From a virus (lineage: Duplodnaviria; Caudoviricetes), in the IMG/VR virus record IMGVR_UViG_3300027857_000019, positions 1 through 63,022 of that record: DNA of 63,022 bases. One strand, written 5' to 3'. Below the pieces are notes generated by a model. It saw only the letters and a program-made list of their open reading frames with translations. It searched no databases and was not told where the DNA came from. Shown here in pieces: positions 1 to 8,851 of this stretch (its first letter is position 1; each line of letters opens with the position of its first letter). Made by a program: the position numbers and the translations under genes.

Positions 1-127
1 CTTCGTTTAAACGCCCAACCCCAACGATCTGGACGATGAAAGTGTTGCTCATCATTCAGATGCGCTCGAGCAGTTTGGAGCACCGAAATTAGGTCATCTA
101 GCCAGAAGCTAGAAAAGGTATTACCAA
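1..127. repeat. 127-bp terminal direct repeat (copy 1); circular-assembly overlap
   Basis: Identical to 62896-63022; 127 is a common assembler k-mer length; an ORF runs through the join. Confidence 0.95.
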
Positions 128-245
128 TTTCGAACCAATGTTCGTCATCCTCGCCAAGTAATTGGATGCAAACACGGTTATCGTTATCGCTCCGGCTCTC
201 AAAGCGAACTCCAAATTGGTTACCCTTGAAATCAGTTCCCATCAT
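1..245 (-). CDS. Hypothetical protein (83 aa) spanning the circular junction; stop at 62889-62891
   Basis: Manual translation MMGTDFKGNQFGVRFESRSDNDNRVCIQLLGEDDEHWFEIG...WGWAFKRRS* continues across the overlap. Confidence 0.7.
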   Translation of the reverse strand, partial: MMGTDFKGNQFGVRFESRSDNDNRVCIQLLGEDDEHWFEIGNTFSSFWLDDLISVLQTARAHLNDEQHFHRPDRWGWAFKR

Positions 246-335
246 ATTACGGCACCATCCCCGCGCCTGGGTAGCGGCAGAGCAAGACCAGCACAGCGAG
301 GAATAGCGCGAGCGGGAGGAATGCACCGAAGGATT

Positions 336-665
336 TCACAATTCCTCGTCGGGGAATTTCGCTTCCCATTGCGCCTGCGATCTCTTCAGTACTGAAAAAT
401 GCCACCACGCCGGAAGCCTCACAGTGACATCCCAATGGATCGACTCTTTCAGGTAGTGCCAGAACATCACCCACAACGCGGTGTAAATGCTTCCGAATAA
501 TCCTCTGAGGATAGTCGCTATGGGCGTAACGATCAAGAAGACATCCAGCACTGCGGGAACGCGATTGCAGGCGTAAAGTTCAATGATTTTGGTCAAGCGA
601 GTCGCGCCGTCCAATACCTGCTGGGAGTTTTTCACTCGCCGATTCGTGTAATCGAAAGTGCTCAT
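336..665 (-). CDS. Hypothetical early-region protein (MSTFDYTNRR...)
   Basis: ATG at 665 preceded by GGAGG; co-oriented with neighbouring small ORFs. Confidence 0.5.
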   Translation of the reverse strand: MSTFDYTNRRVKNSQQVLDGATRLTKIIELYACNRVPAVLDVFLIVTPIATILRGLFGSIYTALWVMFWHYLKESIHWDVTVRLPAWWHFSVLKRSQAQWEAKFPDEEL

Positions 666-735
666 TTCGAGCCCTCCAGCGCGGCGATGATGAGGCCGCA
701 TGCGTAGCCAAGGGCAATGGCTGTGAGCACGAGTA

Positions 736-996
736 TCATTGAGTGCCTCCACATTGCGTGCCGAGCAACAGCGCATGACCAGCGCGGCAGAAAACGCAAA
801 GATTCAGACCGCCTACGCGCTTCAGGCACGCTAGACACTTGCGCTCGTCGCAACCGTCGCACGAGCCCCAGCAGCGCCAGCATGTGGCCTCCTTGCAGCT
901 AGGGCATATGTCGGTGCGGTCGCACGGGCTAGAGCAGCACTCGCATTCAGCGCGTGCCGCAGGATAATCATACTCACTTCCGTATAGCATTTGCAT
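736..996 (-). CDS. Small Cys-rich (zinc-finger-like) protein
   Basis: Multiple CxxC pairs; part of the leftward small-gene array. Confidence 0.5.
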   Translation of the reverse strand: MQMLYGSEYDYPAARAECECCSSPCDRTDICPSCKEATCWRCWGSCDGCDERKCLACLKRVGGLNLCVFCRAGHALLLGTQCGGTQ

Positions 997-1164
997 CCTC
1001 CTGCCGCTCCGTGGTCATGTTTCGGCTGCGCACGGTGATGTTATGCGCCTGGACATCGTGCTCCGCGCAGTGAGTACCCAATGCCGCATCGAGCGACTCT
1101 TGCACGTTCACAATGTCTGCCGCATCGCCCTCGACCTCCAGCACGATCGTGATTATCGCGCGAC

Positions 1165-1392
1165 TCATGCCACCTCCGCTTGGACTGGTACAGAGCACCA
1201 ATCATCCGTGTGGAAGAAAGTTAGGCCAGCAACGCTCTCAATATGCCCGCGATGCGTTACCGCCTGCGATTTGCCCAAGACCCCGTCGTCAGTGCCGCGG
1301 CGTCCGCATTTCCCACATACGATAACGCGACGGTTATACGGCCCGATCTTGCGCCCCAACCGTGCCCCTGTGAAGTCGTAATCCTTTTGCAT
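1165..1392 (-). CDS. Hypothetical protein with CxxC motif
   Basis: AGGAGG upstream; 75 aa. Confidence 0.55.
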   Translation of the reverse strand: MQKDYDFTGARLGRKIGPYNRRVIVCGKCGRRGTDDGVLGKSQAVTHRGHIESVAGLTFFHTDDWCSVPVQAEVA

Positions 1393-1516
1393 TTCACTCG
1401 GGCCTCCTAAACCCTTATCCGCCCCGCTCTACGAGTGGAGCCGGTAAGAGAGCCGAAGATTCGGGCGCCCGATGCTCTGAGCGCCCTATTCGGCCAGGAG
1501 TGACTGAAGGGCTCAG

Positions 1517-2248
1517 TCATACCGAAGTCAAGCCGGGTAGCCACAGGATGTACGCGCTATCCCGATACCCGGAGTAATTCAAATCCAGCGAGCGAATCTG
1601 CCAGCCCGAATGCCGATGCAAGCCGACCCAGTTCCCATGTCCCATGCTGTAGTTATCGCGATGCTCTACGCCAGCCTCGCTGCCCTCAATCACGTATTCA
1701 ACGCGCCCGTCATCGAGCAACATGCACTCAGAATTGCTAGATATCGCCTTTTCCGCATCCGCGCGTGAGTCGTACCATTCGCCGTGGAGTTTCCAAGTTG
1801 GCACATACGAACCCTCAGTGCGATAGTATCCGTTCTGCCTCGAATCAGGACCGCGCCACACTGCCTTGATGCGAAAGTCGCCGCAGTTCGGCCCTAAGTG
1901 AGCCGTAGGAGCGTACCGCGCCGCAGCACGCCTCAGTTGCCGGAAGTCCTCCCGCTTGCCAGTCCTCCAACCAATCGCCACACGCCGAGTAGTGCGCGAG
2001 CCGAAGTAATCGCTCTGGCTGTCGGATTGGTCCTCCTCTAGTTCGGCAATGATGAGAGCCTGCGCCTTCGCCGGCCGCAAGGTGTCCAGCGCGGTCCAGC
2101 ATTTGTGCGCACGCTCTAGTGCCAGTTCGCGCTTACGCTGTTCGGCCTGATGGTCGTAGCGCGAGGCAAGCCCAACTTGCACTTTGCGCGGAATCTCGTA
2201 AATGTTCGTCTCGATTGTGGGTGTCATGTTCGTAATCTCCATTACCAT
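1517..2248 (-). CDS. Hypothetical protein resembling a mobile-element family (D-S-x-S/T-D-Y-F ... E-H-R-x-x-Y-S-M-G motifs)
   Basis: 243-aa ORF; motifs DQSDSQSDYFG and EHRDNYSMGHG recalled from conjugative-element proteins (not verified). Confidence 0.6.
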   Translation of the reverse strand: MVMEITNMTPTIETNIYEIPRKVQVGLASRYDHQAEQRKRELALERAHKCWTALDTLRPAKAQALIIAELEEDQSDSQSDYFGSRTTRRVAIGWRTGKREDFRQLRRAAARYAPTAHLGPNCGDFRIKAVWRGPDSRQNGYYRTEGSYVPTWKLHGEWYDSRADAEKAISSNSECMLLDDGRVEYVIEGSEAGVEHRDNYSMGHGNWVGLHRHSGWQIRSLDLNYSGYRDSAYILWLPGLTSV

Positions 2249-2534
2249 TTCTCACGCGAGTTCAGCTCCGCTCCGCGTGCCCATCGCCGCCAGGTTGCCA
2301 TTGAGCACTGAGTGAAGCGCCCATTGTTGAGATACGACACCGTTCCATTGCGCGTCACTGATTTGACGTGCCGAACGATCTGGCCGTAGTTGCTCGTGAA
2401 GGTCCACATATCGCCCCGCTGAGGATCATTCAGCCGCTTTGGGCGAATGTTCCCGCACGTCTCAGAGTGATACCCAGCCATTCCGCCGCAATCGCGACAC
2501 GGCGGGTTCGGCGTGTTCACTTTGACTTTGCCGA

Positions 2535-2945
2535 TCACGCTACGCCTCCAGGATGCTTCGGGCATAGCATGGACGGATTCTCCAGGGCGCATGTGCAGAC
2601 CTCGCCAGGGATGCCAAGGTCCGAAGGTTGGTCCACTTCGCCCATGCAATTGTCAACCAGATCGCGCAGAGTACGCGCGGACTTCTCAACGGGGCAGCCG
2701 CTTTCAGGTGAGCAAAACGTCAATTCATGCGTGACGCCCTTGGTTAAGTCGCGATGAACCACTAATTCATCGAGGTTCGCGTCAAGCCAATCGAGACGGC
2801 GAGTGTCCTCTTGACGTTCCATGATCGCGTTGATAAGCGCCGTCTGGTCGGCATCGGTCAGCCTATCGTGCGCTGCCAAGTAATGAGGCGCGAAAACCGT
2901 CATGCGAATCTGTTGCAGCCGGGCTATAGCGAGGCGTAAAGTCAT
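2535..2945 (-). CDS. Hypothetical protein (DTRRLDWL motif common in phage early proteins)
   Basis: 136-aa ORF in the leftward array. Confidence 0.55.
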   Translation of the reverse strand: MTLRLAIARLQQIRMTVFAPHYLAAHDRLTDADQTALINAIMERQEDTRRLDWLDANLDELVVHRDLTKGVTHELTFCSPESGCPVEKSARTLRDLVDNCMGEVDQPSDLGIPGEVCTCALENPSMLCPKHPGGVA

Positions 2946-3105
2946 TCGCTTTGTCCCCTACCTTCCAACCGATCCACATAGCAGCCGGGATGCGCCGATT
3001 CCCAACGCTGGATAACCTCGAACTGTCGCAAGTGATCGGGATATTCAACGAGGTCATTACCGCGTGCCGTCGCTGAGGACCAATCGACCATCCATCTCTG
3101 CGCGT

Positions 3106-3372
3106 TCATCGCTGCTCCTCCCGCGTGCTCTGCGCCTCGCCGACGGCCTTCAGACACGCATCTAGCAGCCGTCCGTAAAATGCCGCTACAATCGCTTCGC
3201 GCATCGGTTTTCCGCGCCTTAGCGCCTCATCGACCGATTCCACGGCTTGTAGATACTGCCCTAGCGCGTATCGGTTATATCCGCGCCGACGTGATGCGGC
3301 CATGTCGTAAGCTGTGACCGCGTGCGCCAGGCGAAAGTGGATTACGTCTGAACTGAGAAGTGTGGGCGTCAT
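3106..3372 (-). CDS. Hypothetical protein
   Basis: 88-aa ORF, GAGGA upstream. Confidence 0.55.
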   Translation of the reverse strand: MTPTLLSSDVIHFRLAHAVTAYDMAASRRRGYNRYALGQYLQAVESVDEALRRGKPMREAIVAAFYGRLLDACLKAVGEAQSTREEQR

Positions 3373-3914
3373 AAACGTATGTCCTCTTTGGGGTCTCCGG
3401 CTTCAGGGTCCCAGTTGCGGCGTCCCTCGTTTAGGTGGGCGTATTGCTCTGGAGACATGCGCCTTGCGATCGGCAGGTTCAGTGAAGGCGCTTTGAACGG
3501 ACCAGCGGTAAGTTCCAATTTGCGTTCGGCGAGCAATCGCGGCACGCCGAAATATCCATGCTGGTTCTGAATTGCGAGCCTAGCGCGCCGATAACACATA
3601 AGGCGCGATTCACCGCGAAAGCAGACATTTTGCCTGTAAAACTTGTACCAGTCCGGGAGAGAACGTAAGCGTGGTGTCATGTTAGCGCGCCTCCATCTGC
3701 GGGCCGGTTGCAGCGATTTCGGCAGCCGCACAATAGTTCCAGACCAATTCTTGCTCAAACTTCGCATCGTTGAGCGGCAGGCGATTGACATAGCCGATAG
3801 CAGCACTCCAAATCGTCTTATCTGCGCTCACCCAACCCTTTGTTGCCGCGTAGCGGCCTGTGTCGGCGCCTTTGTCGCGAGCGGCCCTAATGTATTCTGC
3901 GCGTTCCTGTTTGC

Positions 3915-4148
3915 TCATGCCGTCACCCCCTTCATTGGGCCGATCCACCGAATCAGGTGACTCGGCAATACTTCGATCAATCCCGCACCTTTGAGAATGC
4001 CGAGAATCTTTTCGTAACCCTGAAACGTCACGCGGCCCATGAGTACGGCGTAAATCGTGCCGCTTGGGCATTCGCCGGCCTCGCGTATCGTTTCAGCTAC
4101 AGCCATAATAACGGCCGCGCCTGCTTTCAATTGCTCTTGTGTGGGCAT
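3915..4148 (-). CDS. Small winged-helix-like protein
   Basis: 77 aa, helix pattern ending LKGAGLIEV...LIRWIGP. Confidence 0.5.
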   Translation of the reverse strand: MPTQEQLKAGAAVIMAVAETIREAGECPSGTIYAVLMGRVTFQGYEKILGILKGAGLIEVLPSHLIRWIGPMKGVTA

Positions 4149-4421
4149 TAGCGCACCTCCATTCTGGCGAGGTTCACGTCTTTAATCCAACACGCCCGTC
4201 CCAACTTGTCTGAGTGGTCAAAACTAACGCGGCAAATCGTTGTACCCAAATACCTCAAGATCCCACGTTTGCCATTTACCGTAACGCTGGCCCCTATTCG
4301 CAATTCCGTGCCGTGCTTTGATATGCATGCCATTCTGAAAGCGGCTCCTATCCGCTGTGTCGATGCTCTGACCCGACGCCTCTCGGCGTTTCGCCCGAAT
4401 CGCACGGGCTCATCAGGGGCC

Positions 4422-4739
4422 TTAGGCTGCAACTGCTTTATCTCGCACGGTGTAGAAAGCCGCATAAGTGCCTGTTTCGTGACAATTGGCATTGTAGAAA
4501 CAGAACTCTGTGACGGTCGCGTCGAATAGGCTTTCTACCGTCGGATAGGTGGGCGTTAGATTTCGCTCTTGCTTAATGTGCTCCGGATCGATCATCATTC
4601 CCAGTGAGAACGGGAATCCAGGACGCATCTTGTGAGCGATAATGTAGAACGGCTCGCCTTGAGCCCACAGTTTGCGAGCCCCTGCCTTACTGATCCGTGT
4701 GAATGTCGATGCCGAATCGCTAATCTTTAACCTTGTCAT
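4422..4739 (-). CDS. Hypothetical protein, first gene after the leftward promoter
   Basis: 105-aa ORF just downstream of the sigma70-like promoter. Confidence 0.6.
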   Translation of the reverse strand: MTRLKISDSASTFTRISKAGARKLWAQGEPFYIIAHKMRPGFPFSLGMMIDPEHIKQERNLTPTYPTVESLFDATVTEFCFYNANCHETGTYAAFYTVRDKAVAA

Positions 4740-4767
4740 CCCTTATCAGCTCCTATCTGACAAGATC

Positions 4768-4796
4768 AGAATAGCAGCACCTAGCTGCGATTGCAA
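4768..4796 (-). promoter_or_regulatory. Sigma70-like promoter for the leftward early genes
   Basis: Minus strand TTGCAA-17nt-TATTCT. Confidence 0.65.
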
Positions 4797-5021
4797 GAGC
4801 TAAATTGTAAAACTTTCTTTACGATTGCGCGAGGTGTGGCAAGCTACACACCTGCACTTAGAATCATACGCATGCGGAGCTTTGAAGCGAACTCCGCCAG
4901 AGTGAGTCTTACGCCTCAGGCTGTTCCGCCGCGCTCGCTCGCTCATTATGATCGCGTCTGGAATGCTAGCAGGATCGGTGTCAGGATGATACGGCCGCAT
5001 CGCGTACCATTCTATACGCAA

Positions 5022-5255
5022 CTAGCTGGCTGTGTCAACAGGCTTCACAAGATACGGCCGCCCCGGCTTCCGCTTCTCCTTCGGCTTTGCTGGCCGACCA
5101 GGCGGTCGCCGATCCCGCACCGCGTCCAAATCCTCAGGCTCTATGTGGTAGCAGAATGCCCGAGTAATGGTCGCCTGTAATTTGTCTGCCCGAATCATCG
5201 CCACAATTGAACTCGCACTCAACCCGAGCTCCTCAGCCGCCTCTTTCACTGTCAT
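5022..5255 (-). CDS. HTH_17/excisionase-like DNA-binding protein with two AT-hook-like PGRP motifs
   Basis: MTVKEAAEELGLSASSIVAMIRADKLQA; tail RRPPGRP...RKPGRP; TACAAT 7 nt before the ATG (leaderless). Confidence 0.75.
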   Translation of the reverse strand: MTVKEAAEELGLSASSIVAMIRADKLQATITRAFCYHIEPEDLDAVRDRRPPGRPAKPKEKRKPGRPYLVKPVDTAS

Positions 5256-5531
5256 TTAACGAATTGTACTCTTTGCCACTGTTTCATGCACTGTCCACAA
5301 GGTTTACAGTCATAATTGTGCGGCAGCGTCTAATTTAATGCGTCGGGCCCATCGCGACGACCATACTACCGCCATCCTGCAAGCTGCGTCATAGGCCCAA
5401 CGCGGCTGCCAGACACCCTGCATAAGCCAAATTAATACTTACTTGCTAGGGTATAAATCAAACCGTGTGTATATTCCGACACGTGTCAATGTTGACACAC
5501 TCTGTAGCACGATAGGCACGGATCGTATTCA

Positions 5532-5560
5532 ACTTCCGATAGTGTTGTATTATGTAAACT
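5532..5560 (+). other. dif-like XerC/XerD recombination site
   Basis: ACTTCCGATAG-TGTTGTA-TTATGTAAACT; right arm identical to, and left arm similar to, the B. subtilis dif arms (ACTTCCTAGAA / TTATGTAAACT); 7-nt centre. Confidence 0.7.
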
Positions 5561-5931
5561 CGCAAGTGTATGATAACGCTCATAACGGCATGTAATCGTG
5601 CTACGCCTGCGAGCTAAGTGCTTTGTTTGCGACATTCGTGCTACGCTTTGCGCCAGGTCGAAGGTTCGATGATTGGCGAGCTGGCGCGATTGTCCAGGGG
5701 GGTACCGGGGGTGCTGAGGCGGCGGTTTGACTGCGCTCAGCTATATCAAAAAAAAGGAAAAAATGGAGGGTGGTAGGGGGTCTGCGACTGAAACGGCCCC
5801 TACTCGTGGGTATTTCAACCGCGATGTCACTGATATTATCTCACGGGAAAAGTCTTTACAATTCTAAACCATTGAGTTCACAATGATAACTAGGCTTGAC
5901 AAATGAAACCTGTAAAAGTGAGTTACACGAA

Positions 5932-6141
5932 ATGAAAGGGAAAAGGCCAAAAGGGAAGAAGGTGGAGGCGGTCGTGGAGATACACGAAATATGGGTGAGG
6001 AAGGATGGGAAAATAATTCAGTGGCAAGCGATCGGGAAGGAAGTTCCGAAGGTGGTAGGGGAGTGGCCGGAGGCGGAAGCGCCTGTATTCTTCGCGCCCA
6101 CGGTGGAACGGTTTGAGCGGGAGCGATTAAGGTTTACGTAA
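5932..6141 (+). CDS. Small basic hypothetical protein
   Basis: ATG at 5932 downstream of TTGACA (5896). Confidence 0.5.
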   Translation: MKGKRPKGKKVEAVVEIHEIWVRKDGKIIQWQAIGKEVPKVVGEWPEAEAPVFFAPTVERFERERLRFT

Positions 6142-6201
6142 AGCTGGCACAATCCTAGGTTGCAAAGGGGCGGGGGATGGGAGTAAGATTGCGGCAAAGA
6201 A

Positions 6202-6522
6202 ATGCTATGGAACTGGCTGCTGCTGCCGTGGCGGGTATTGCAGGTCATCGCGCAGGTGCATATGGACTGTCGGCGGGCACAGCGGAGGGTACAGATTCGG
6301 CGTATGGTTGCGGGAGGCAGCGGGGTGGACGATAAGGTTTGGGCGGGTCCGATGGTCGCACCGGCAGGCTTGGCGGAACTGATGCATCCGGCGGAATGCC
6401 CGTGTACTGATTGCGTGATTCAGCGCCGGATAGAGCGACAGAGTCGGCAGGAACCTTACGAACAATTGGTGACGCTCGAGGACGAGGTCGCGCTGGCGGA
6501 GATTTTTGCCAAAGGATTATGA
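6202..6522 (+). CDS. Hypothetical protein
   Basis: 106-aa ORF with HxxxCxCxxC motif. Confidence 0.5.
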   Translation: MLWNWLLLPWRVLQVIAQVHMDCRRAQRRVQIRRMVAGGSGVDDKVWAGPMVAPAGLAELMHPAECPCTDCVIQRRIERQSRQEPYEQLVTLEDEVALAEIFAKGL

Positions 6523-6753
6523 GTGTGGTCGCCATGTCGGAAACTGCGGCCGAGCGGGCGCAAAGGATCGCCAATCGCCAAGTGTGGCTGGACGGCTACG
6601 CGCACGGTTGCATCGCGTCCGATAAGGTGAAGCAGGAGCGAATAGTCGGCTGGGTGGCGCTATACTTCGCGATCGGCGCGATTGTCAACAGTGCAGTGAT
6701 AGCCGTAATTTACAGCGGGTTCTTTGAGTGACCGAAGCCGAGTACGACGCCGC

Positions 6754-7407
6754 CTATCTCGCCCGCTGGGGATGCACGGTGGAGGAAGCGATGAGCACCA
6801 AGGCTGACAGTGCAGACAGCCACGTGGATGGCTCAGGAGCCGAGAGCGGCGGGTCATCCGGCGTGAAGACCACCGACCCGCTGTAGCCACCGTCAATTCC
6901 GCCCAAGTCAATCTCCACGAAGGAATGAATCGTGCGGTCGGCCATGTACGGGAATAGCGGGCCGCTCAGGTAAGCGGCATACATGTACGAGGAATCGGCC
7001 CAGGCGTCGAAGGTGACATGTTGCGCCACGCCCGACATGAAAGGTAGCCGCTCCATCGCGTACTCTGGCGTAGATCCGTAGGGCTCGTACCCTGGCGTGG
7101 TCAGATACCACGGCGCGGTGATCGTCGCCCAAGAATCGAGATACTCGCCGCAGGGGCAGCCCTGGAACGATGTCGCCATGGTCGTGACGTACAGGTCGAG
7201 ATAGCCGAACCCGCCACTGCTGGATTGCACGGTAATATCTCCGCTCCAGCTCGAGTGCTGCGTTATGCGCACCTGAGCCATTGGTGCGTTAGCAGGGTCG
7301 GCGGGAATTGCTAGGTCGGCATCGGCGAACATGCCGAGCGGTGACTGGCCAGTAACGATCAGGCTGGCTTGGAGGCAGAACGGGAAAAGCAGGAGGGTGA
7401 AACGCAT
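6754..7407 (-). CDS. PEP-CTERM sorting-signal surface protein
   Basis: N-terminal signal MRFTLLLFPFCLQA; C-terminal APEPSTWLSALSALVLIA followed by a basic tail (QRAR); GAGGT RBS. Confidence 0.8.
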   Translation of the reverse strand: MRFTLLLFPFCLQASLIVTGQSPLGMFADADLAIPADPANAPMAQVRITQHSSWSGDITVQSSSGGFGYLDLYVTTMATSFQGCPCGEYLDSWATITAPWYLTTPGYEPYGSTPEYAMERLPFMSGVAQHVTFDAWADSSYMYAAYLSGPLFPYMADRTIHSFVEIDLGGIDGGYSGSVVFTPDDPPLSAPEPSTWLSALSALVLIASSTVHPQRAR

Positions 7408-7449
7408 CGCGGGAACCTCTGATGGTATTCTAAAGGCAATGAGGATACC

Positions 7450-7617
7450 ATGCAAGAACCAAAGACCATTTTCGCGGAAGGAGAGTACTGGACCGTGAAG
7501 CCGCACCGCCGTGGACTTGTGGCGATCTGCGAAAAGCTTGACCTGAAGGTGACAGCCGCGGATGAGGGCACGCTACGGAAGGCTATTAGCGAGACCATGG
7601 AATTGCTCTGTGTTTAG
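7450..7617 (+). CDS. Small HicB/DUF1902-like protein (55 aa)
   Basis: Manual translation ...GLVAICEKLDLKVTAADEGTLRKAISETMELLCV; resembles the HicB N-terminal pattern. Confidence 0.4.
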   Translation: MQEPKTIFAEGEYWTVKPHRRGLVAICEKLDLKVTAADEGTLRKAISETMELLCV

Positions 7618-7635
7618 TGATATGCTCAGGGGCAT

Positions 7636-7857
7636 ATGAATTCGACTCTGGATACCGCACTTCAGAACGCCGCCGCCGCTGAAGCAACTTATCAAGCCAG
7701 TTTAGGTAACGTAGCAACCATCCAAACGGCCATCGACACGGCCACGACGCCGCTCGAACCGGCGAAGGCCAAACTCGCAACAGACGCGACAGCCTTTAAC
7801 GCCGCGATGGACACGCTCAGTCAGGCCGCGCTGGCAGCAAAGGTGCCGACCGCATGA
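7636..7857 (+). CDS. Ala-rich coiled-coil hypothetical protein
   Basis: 73 aa; TATGCT upstream. Confidence 0.6.
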   Translation: MNSTLDTALQNAAAAEATYQASLGNVATIQTAIDTATTPLEPAKAKLATDATAFNAAMDTLSQAALAAKVPTA

Positions 7858-8015
7858 CACTCCAAGTCTGGTTCTGGCTGTTCATGGCGCTGTGGCTGGT
7901 CTTCGGCATCTGGCGCGGCCGTACGGACGGCTGGCCTTTCTGGGGCGGCCACTTCTTACTGTTCGTGCTCTTTGCGATTCTCGGGTGGCAAGTTTTCGGC
8001 TCGCCCGTGAAATGA
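7854..8015 (+). CDS. Small two-TM membrane protein (53 aa)
   Basis: MTLQVWFWLFMALWLVFGIWRG...FLLFVLFAILGWQVFGSPVK; ATGA overlaps at both ends. Confidence 0.7.
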   Translation: MTLQVWFWLFMALWLVFGIWRGRTDGWPFWGGHFLLFVLFAILGWQVFGSPVK

Positions 8016-8851
8016 TTCCGCGCAGTTACTACGTCGCTAACTCGGCGATGATTCCCTGCTCAGCATCCGACCTTGACTCTGACCCGCGCGGCATTATCTG
8101 GATATTCGAGGAGCCCGATCCACGAGGGGTCTACGTGATGGGAGTAGATCCGAGCGGCGGCATTCCACTATGGAATCGTTACGCCAGGACCGATTCTGAC
8201 CACCGCACCGATAACGGCGCCATACAGATTTTAAAGGTTGGCCGCGGCGAGGAGATCCCAGATAAGCAAGTGTGCGAGTTCGCCGCCCCGATCGACCCGG
8301 AAGATTTGGGCGAGGTTGCTAACATTGTCGGGCGGGTGTACGGCGGCTCAAGCGAAGAGGGTCAGGCTAAGGCCATCATTGAGATTCAACCCGGACCTGG
8401 CTTGCTCACTCAACGCAAGCTCATAAGCTACGGCTACACGAATCTCTTCGTCTGGTCCTACTTGGACGGCGCCACGCTCACGCGCACCAACACGATGGGT
8501 TGGACATCGACGCCCCGCACACAGCGCGACCTGTGGCTCCGTTCAAGTCGGCATATGATTCACGGGCTTTGTGACCTGTCGAGCCCTTGGCTGATCGAGG
8601 AAATGGCCGACGCCGAAATGAACATGGCGAAGATGCGCGCGCAGTCCGTCTATGGCAAGCATGACGATAGGCTGATGGCGTTGATGCTCGCCATTTGGTG
8701 CGCGCGTGAGTGGTCGCTCGACGTGGAGACGGTGCCGAGCGACTTAAGGACTGATGCAAAGCCGGTTGACCCACAGGCGTGCGACATGACATACTCCCAG
8801 ATGATGGACCAGTGGGAAGAACAGTTCTGCGCGTTAGGAGAGGAACGATGA
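8012..8851 (+). CDS. terL: Terminase large subunit, C-terminal RNase H-like nuclease domain only
   Basis: IWIFEEP..YVMGVDPSGG, DNGAIQIL, IIEIQ, HDDRLMALMLA; no Walker motifs; ATG coupled to the upstream gene. Confidence 0.85.
   Translation: MIPRSYYVANSAMIPCSASDLDSDPRGIIWIFEEPDPRGVYVMGVDPSGGIPLWNRYARTDSDHRTDNGAIQILKVGRGEEIPDKQVCEFAAPIDPEDLGEVANIVGRVYGGSSEEGQAKAIIEIQPGPGLLTQRKLISYGYTNLFVWSYLDGATLTRTNTMGWTSTPRTQRDLWLRSSRHMIHGLCDLSSPWLIEEMADAEMNMAKMRAQSVYGKHDDRLMALMLAIWCAREWSLDVETVPSDLRTDAKPVDPQACDMTYSQMMDQWEEQFCALGEER

Noticed and set aside
1-127. Biological direct terminal repeat
   Set aside because: The length equals a common assembler k-mer and it falls mid-ORF, so an assembly overlap is the simpler explanation
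7892-8011. N-terminal extension of the terminase nuclease ORF given in the ORF track
   Set aside because: It overlaps a more convincing 53-aa membrane ORF (7854-8015); the coupled ATG at 8012 is the better start
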